From Chrysomallon squamiferum (Eukaryota > Animalia > Mollusca): DNA of 64,000 bases. Positions 59,171 to 64,000 of the stretch are shown here, one piece after another (the stretch's first letter is position 1; every line of letters begins with the position of its first letter). The stretch lies in NCBI GenBank assembly GCA_012295275.1, contig CM022670.1, positions 9,672,001 to 9,736,000 on the forward strand. The letters run 5' to 3'. Position numbers and translations under genes: made by a program. Under the pieces are notes generated by a model. That model searched no databases, had not been told where the DNA came from, and was given only the letters and a program-made list of their open reading frames with translations.

Positions 59171-61386
59171 CTATTAAAAAATTGTTTCAACATAATCATT
59201 GTTTTATTTCGTGAATTTTTGAATAACTGAAATATTTGCTACACCGATTTAAAACTCTTAATATCTTATAAATTGATTACGTTCAAATCATTTTATATAT
59301 TATCAAATAAAACCAATAAAGAAATAAAAGAAAATAAAAAAAACAATACAAATCCACCAAAAATAAAGAATTAATCCAGGTGCTAAGTGGCAATTCTTGT
59401 TTTGAAGACAGACAAATAAAGTGATGAGAAATGAGAGGAAAATGATGGTAACGCGACTGGAAACTGATCTTACTGGTAGCAAGAAGATCCAGTGCTGGAA
59501 GAAGATCGACTTTAATTGGTTTCTCGTAACCGGGTAGTGTCAGTTCAAACTGGACTGCAAATTTGGTTTTCCCAAGATTTTTCGCTCCTCTTGCCCAGTT
59601 CAAATCTTTCCGCACATGTTTTTCCAAATCATCTAATATTCCTGGCAAATGAGACCGGAATTCTTCCATCGTTTTATAGTCGTTAATATAAATCAAAAGA
59701 TCAACATCCGATTTATCCAAAATATTGGTTGACTTGCCAAACGATCCTCCCTAGAATCAACGAAATAAATTATGTTGATATTTTACATATACATATATAT
59801 ATTACATCCATCATCTATCTATATATATCTATCTCTATAATATATATCTATTAATTTGTTTTCCTATTTTCAACAGAATTATCTGAATAATGCTCTCTAT
59901 TAATGTGCTCTCTCTCTTCAAATGACGTCGACATTGACATTTGTCTAAGAATAGCTTTGATTTTCCTATTTTCAACAGAATTAGTGAATAATGCTCAATG
60001 CCGCATCTATTCCCATCATAACTAATTCAATAATATAACACAAAATCTATAACCGTTTTGATTCCACCTCTAATAAGAAATATACATATATACTTACTAC
60101 AAATAACTCTCTGACACTATATGGTGTGCTATGTTGTACAAACAGCTTCAAACGCTCGACAAGTTCATGGCTTTTTCTTGTGTAGTTTTCATCAGGGAAA
60201 ACTTTCCTTTTCATGAAACCGTCAAGATTTTCTCCCGAAACGGGTATCATCCAAAACTCCAACATGCCAAAACTGATCAGCGACCATCCTGGCAAAACGT
60301 AAAACAATGATGACACCTATTTATCTTTTAATAACATAAACATATTTATGCTTATCTAGTTTATACATAGATATTCGTGTATCTGGTTGTCTTATTATTA
60401 TATGGTGTTTAAATATTTATTTATTTCCTGATGGACCAGGTAATATTTAACAAAAGATGCACGCAGAAAAAATAATGATTCGTAACGCTTATCTGGAGTT
60501 TTCCTAGAAATTCTCATATAATTCTAGAAGGTTTTAAAAGGCTGTTTTTAGCTAATGAGGAAATATCCAGAACTATAACATACCAAGATATATCAGCTAC
60601 AGACGACATCACCAGTCTTGTTTCTGTGTTGGTGTGTTCTTTTTTCCTGTGCCTGTCAAGACAATGGAATAAATTTATTTCTCAAAAGACTTCACTGAGT
60701 CGAGTTTGACAACATGTAAAGAAAATATAATTTAAACAGTGTTTTATGTAGTGCCACAAGAAATATTAATTATTATTTAACACGGAATACTGACTCTCTG
60801 AATGACGTTTGTAAACATATGGAGAATTTATACAAAAGTGACTTTTTTTTAGTTGGAAAAATGCAATGTTCTAAGTGTATTATAATATGGCACATATCCA
60901 TTTCTCAGCAGATAAAGAAATACAGTTAAAATATAGTAGAACAGTTCTCCTACATTAAAGTTGCATAAATGATATATTCTGTCTTCTCTTTCAATATTAA
61001 ACCATCTACAACTTTTTAAAGGAAATTGGCATTACAGTTCTGAATGTAATATAATATGTAAAACTAAGTTGAAGTCATTCAGATAAATCTAAACACCAGA
61101 TTCCACATACATGTAACAACATAGGTTTTATAATCTTTTAGATCAAATACAAATGACAGTCTATTGATAAATTAAGTACCAACCTGGAAGATCGAACATG
61201 GTTGTCTACAGCTTCCTGAAGAAAAAACTTTTTGCTGCAGATTGGACATTTATAATTCAGATGATTACTTCTCATATGCTCTCGGGCTGCAATCACACCA
61301 CTACCAAATCGAGATGAACATTTGAAACAGACGCCTGTCTGAATTGATTCTCTGTAGTTTTTGTGTTCGATCTTACCATCCGTCAT
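57812..61386 (-). CDS. Double C2H2 zinc finger-OAS fusion, OAS-D; +1 frameshift as assembled (pseudogene or consensus error)
   Basis: Exons 61184-61386, 60584-60652, 60098-60288 (191 nt versus 190 in B; extra A at 60238-60240), 59474-59750, 58822-58976, 58359-58549, 57812-57926. All other exons are open and keep the OAS catalytic motifs. Confidence 0.78.
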
Positions 61387-61601
61387 ACTTGGGAAGTGGT
61401 ATTTCTGTCAATATCCGAAATAACAAAACATAAACAGTAGTAATGTGTCACAGCATATAGGTCTGTTAAAGTATTTCACAAAATTCAAATTTTTAATTTG
61501 CCTGTCCATAACACACACACACACACACACACGAACCTTCACATTCCCTCAATCTCCTTTCTTTTCTTTTCTATTTTTTCATTTCTTCTTTTTTCTTTCT
61601 T

Positions 61602-61635
<34 letters not shown>

Positions 61636-61806
61636 TCTTTCTTTTCCTCTTTTTTTTCTATTCAAATGTTCTGACTTTACCACTTCTTTTTGGTCGTTAC
61701 TTACTGTTAGGAAACATGCTCTCAGTTTTTTTTCGCCTGTATCAATATTAATTGTTTTAGAGGGCAGTGTGCACTTCCATTATGCACTTAGTCTAGGTGG
61801 GCACTT

Positions 61807-62829
61807 TGTTACATAACCCCTCCACGCGACAGCCACCCCTAATACACAACTACAACATGTGGCCAGTACTTACATAATACATCCGCTAGTTCTGATTACT
61901 ACCAGGGTTTTGTCTGCGAACTGGCGACAGTAAGTCTGACCATCTAAGAAAATATGTCGTCGGGGTCGCGTTGGAAATATCACTTGTAAGATTTAGAGAG
62001 AAACGGGGAGAGACATAGTTAGTCCGACAAGACTTGATAATGATATATTTTCTGCTCTTTTGTATATCCTTGATGTCATTGATGTGACTTTTGATACTGT
62101 ATTATACAAATATTATTTAAACGAAGTAAATTGTAAGCTTGACTGTCTAAAATTATCAGCCAGTCATCCTAGAGGACCTAGGTAAACCGTAGGTTATTGT
62201 CTTTATTCTGATAAGGACCAGTATTAATTCTGTATTACAAGGTTACTGATAATAAAATATGCCGTTAAGGATTAATTAAAAATTATCCAGTTAGGAATAG
62301 AGTTGTAATTCCTTTATTAATTAAGTTCTCCTGGCTGCGTTTCTCAGTTATCAGTCGTGTATGTGTGGGATCACGTGTATGTGTGGTATCACGCGTATGT
62401 GTTGTATCACGTGTATGTTTTGTATCACGTGTATGTGTTGTATCACGTGTATGTGTGGTATCACGGTGAAGTGAATAGAATATTGTGCAAACTAGACACC
62501 TGGTGATTAACTAATTAAGTGAGTAATTCTGGGTTGTTATTATTATCGTTGTTGTTAGATATTTAACTGCGGCAAATATATTAGTCAGCTTAGGATTAAT
62601 ACAGATTCCAAAATGTATTGTGTTTTGTTGTGTTTTCTAGTGAACTAACGTGCTATGTTATATATAGTATATACTTTATACAAGATCTTATCTCTGATCA
62701 TACCTACAGCCAAGCCACTCGGGTATCGAACTACCCCATTCAGAGAGATCTAATAGATATCCAGTTTGGAGAGATATTGTGGATAATCGTCTTTTATTCA
62801 GTTACGGGTATTATAGGATCCCCGTGACA
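61807..62829. mobile_element. Solo-LTR-like element, copy of 43567-44489 with an internal 18-bp tandem expansion
   Basis: Same termini and flanks as the first copy. About six units of atcacgtgtatgtgtggt lie at ~62355-62465, where the other copy has one. Confidence 0.6.
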
Positions 62830-62844
62830 CTTACAAATGTATTA

Positions 62845-64000
62845 CAAATATAATAACGACAACAACAACAACGACGACGACGACAGTAATATTAACAATA
62901 GCATTAACAATAATAAAATCATACTTCTGTTAACTGCAAAGTGATTTATTCATGAAACCAAATATCCAACACCTACCTGATGTTTTCTTGGTAATTTACT
63001 GATATGGATTATTACTTCCCTTGTCCTAGAAATGTTTTCTTTCTGGGGTTTTTTGTTTTTGTTTTTGCATGATCTTTGCTCTAGAGACTAAATGCGAGTT
63101 CGTCAGGTGTATGATAGATTTACGAGCTTACTGTTACTTTCAGAAAACAGATTATTTTTTTTCTTTTCTTTTTTTCTTTCTTTCTTTATTTATTTATTTA
63201 CTTGTCTGTTTGATAAATTATGATAAATAATCCAAAATGTTTATAAATTAGATAAATATTTAAAGAAAAAATGATTAAATCAAAACTACAGTACCTTTCT
63301 TGTCAGCTTTATTTATAAAGAAAAAATCGGAACTTTTCAGCTGTAAAATATATGCATATGTACCTCGAAATCACTGCACGTAACGGCATGAAATCTGGAC
63401 TACATTAATTAAACTGCTACATAATGATAATATAAATAACATAAAATTCACCTGTAAATATGCGTATTATCTCGAGCAAATATTTACATTGTATACTTAA
63501 AGAATACAGATGCGCCTACAAATAACAATATTAAAAATAGACATATATATATATAAAATACAGTGCAGGATTATCAACGTATCACATGAATGTTCGTTTT
63601 CCAAATACGTGCAACAAATCAGGAGTAGAGTCAACAGACACGGAATCCTACTTGGCCTCTTTCGCTTCATAAATAATGCTGTCGACCACGCAAGTTCCCA
63701 TTAAGTTGATGAACTCGTCACACCTAGCTTTTGACAGATAGGATGTGATTCCTTTGCCTTTACTGGAATAGCTTGTGATGTGCTCTCTATTAATATTTTA
63801 AATAAAGAGTGATTGAGATTCGAATAATGACTTAATCTGGTAAAATATGTAGTTTTTTTCCCAGAAATAATTTCGTAAATAAGGACTTGCGAAAGCCTGA
63901 TGTATCATTTTAATGCTAAATACTAATCAACAATAATAATAGTGCGCCATTAAAAGAAGGTACATGTAAAGAAATCCACAACACATCATATCCAGATATT
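62845..64000. repeat. Duplicate of the OAS-A upstream region 32122-33480
   Basis: Collinear near-identity (e.g. gatctttgctctagagactaaatgcgagttcgtcagg; TTCCCAGAA at 63858 versus 33337), with an internal deletion near 63605. Confidence 0.9.

Overview
AT-rich, microsatellite-laden animal genomic DNA with spliced GT-AG genes (invertebrate, plausibly mollusc-like; taxon is inference only). All genes are on the minus strand. Left of a 200-N gap (22383-22582) are two intact tandem Src-family tyrosine kinase genes (10 coding exons each, about 494 and 497 aa) and the 3' flank of a probable third copy. Right of the gap is a tandem array of 2'-5'-oligoadenylate synthetase (OAS)-family genes: four full loci (A 29006-32069, B 38755-43153, C 49653-52460, D 57812-61386) plus the 5' stub of a fifth at the gap. 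The main finding is that B, C and D fuse 2-3 N-terminal C2H2 zinc fingers to an OAS core with intact catalytic motifs. Several fingers have the C-x2-C-x12-H-x5-H spacing of dsRNA-binding JAZ/Wig-1/matrin-type fingers. Finger number varies by exon gain or loss, and A appears to have lost its fingers by a ~2.5 kb deletion. The array carries a repeated promoter-like module rich in STAT/GAS sites (TTCCTAGAA). Also present: a Tigger/pogo-like MITE, a Tc1 remnant, two solo-LTR-like elements, inverted intronic duplications in both Src genes and a probable nanopore adapter remnant at the gap edge. All gene models were spliced by hand from splice signals and reading-frame phase and have no transcript support here.
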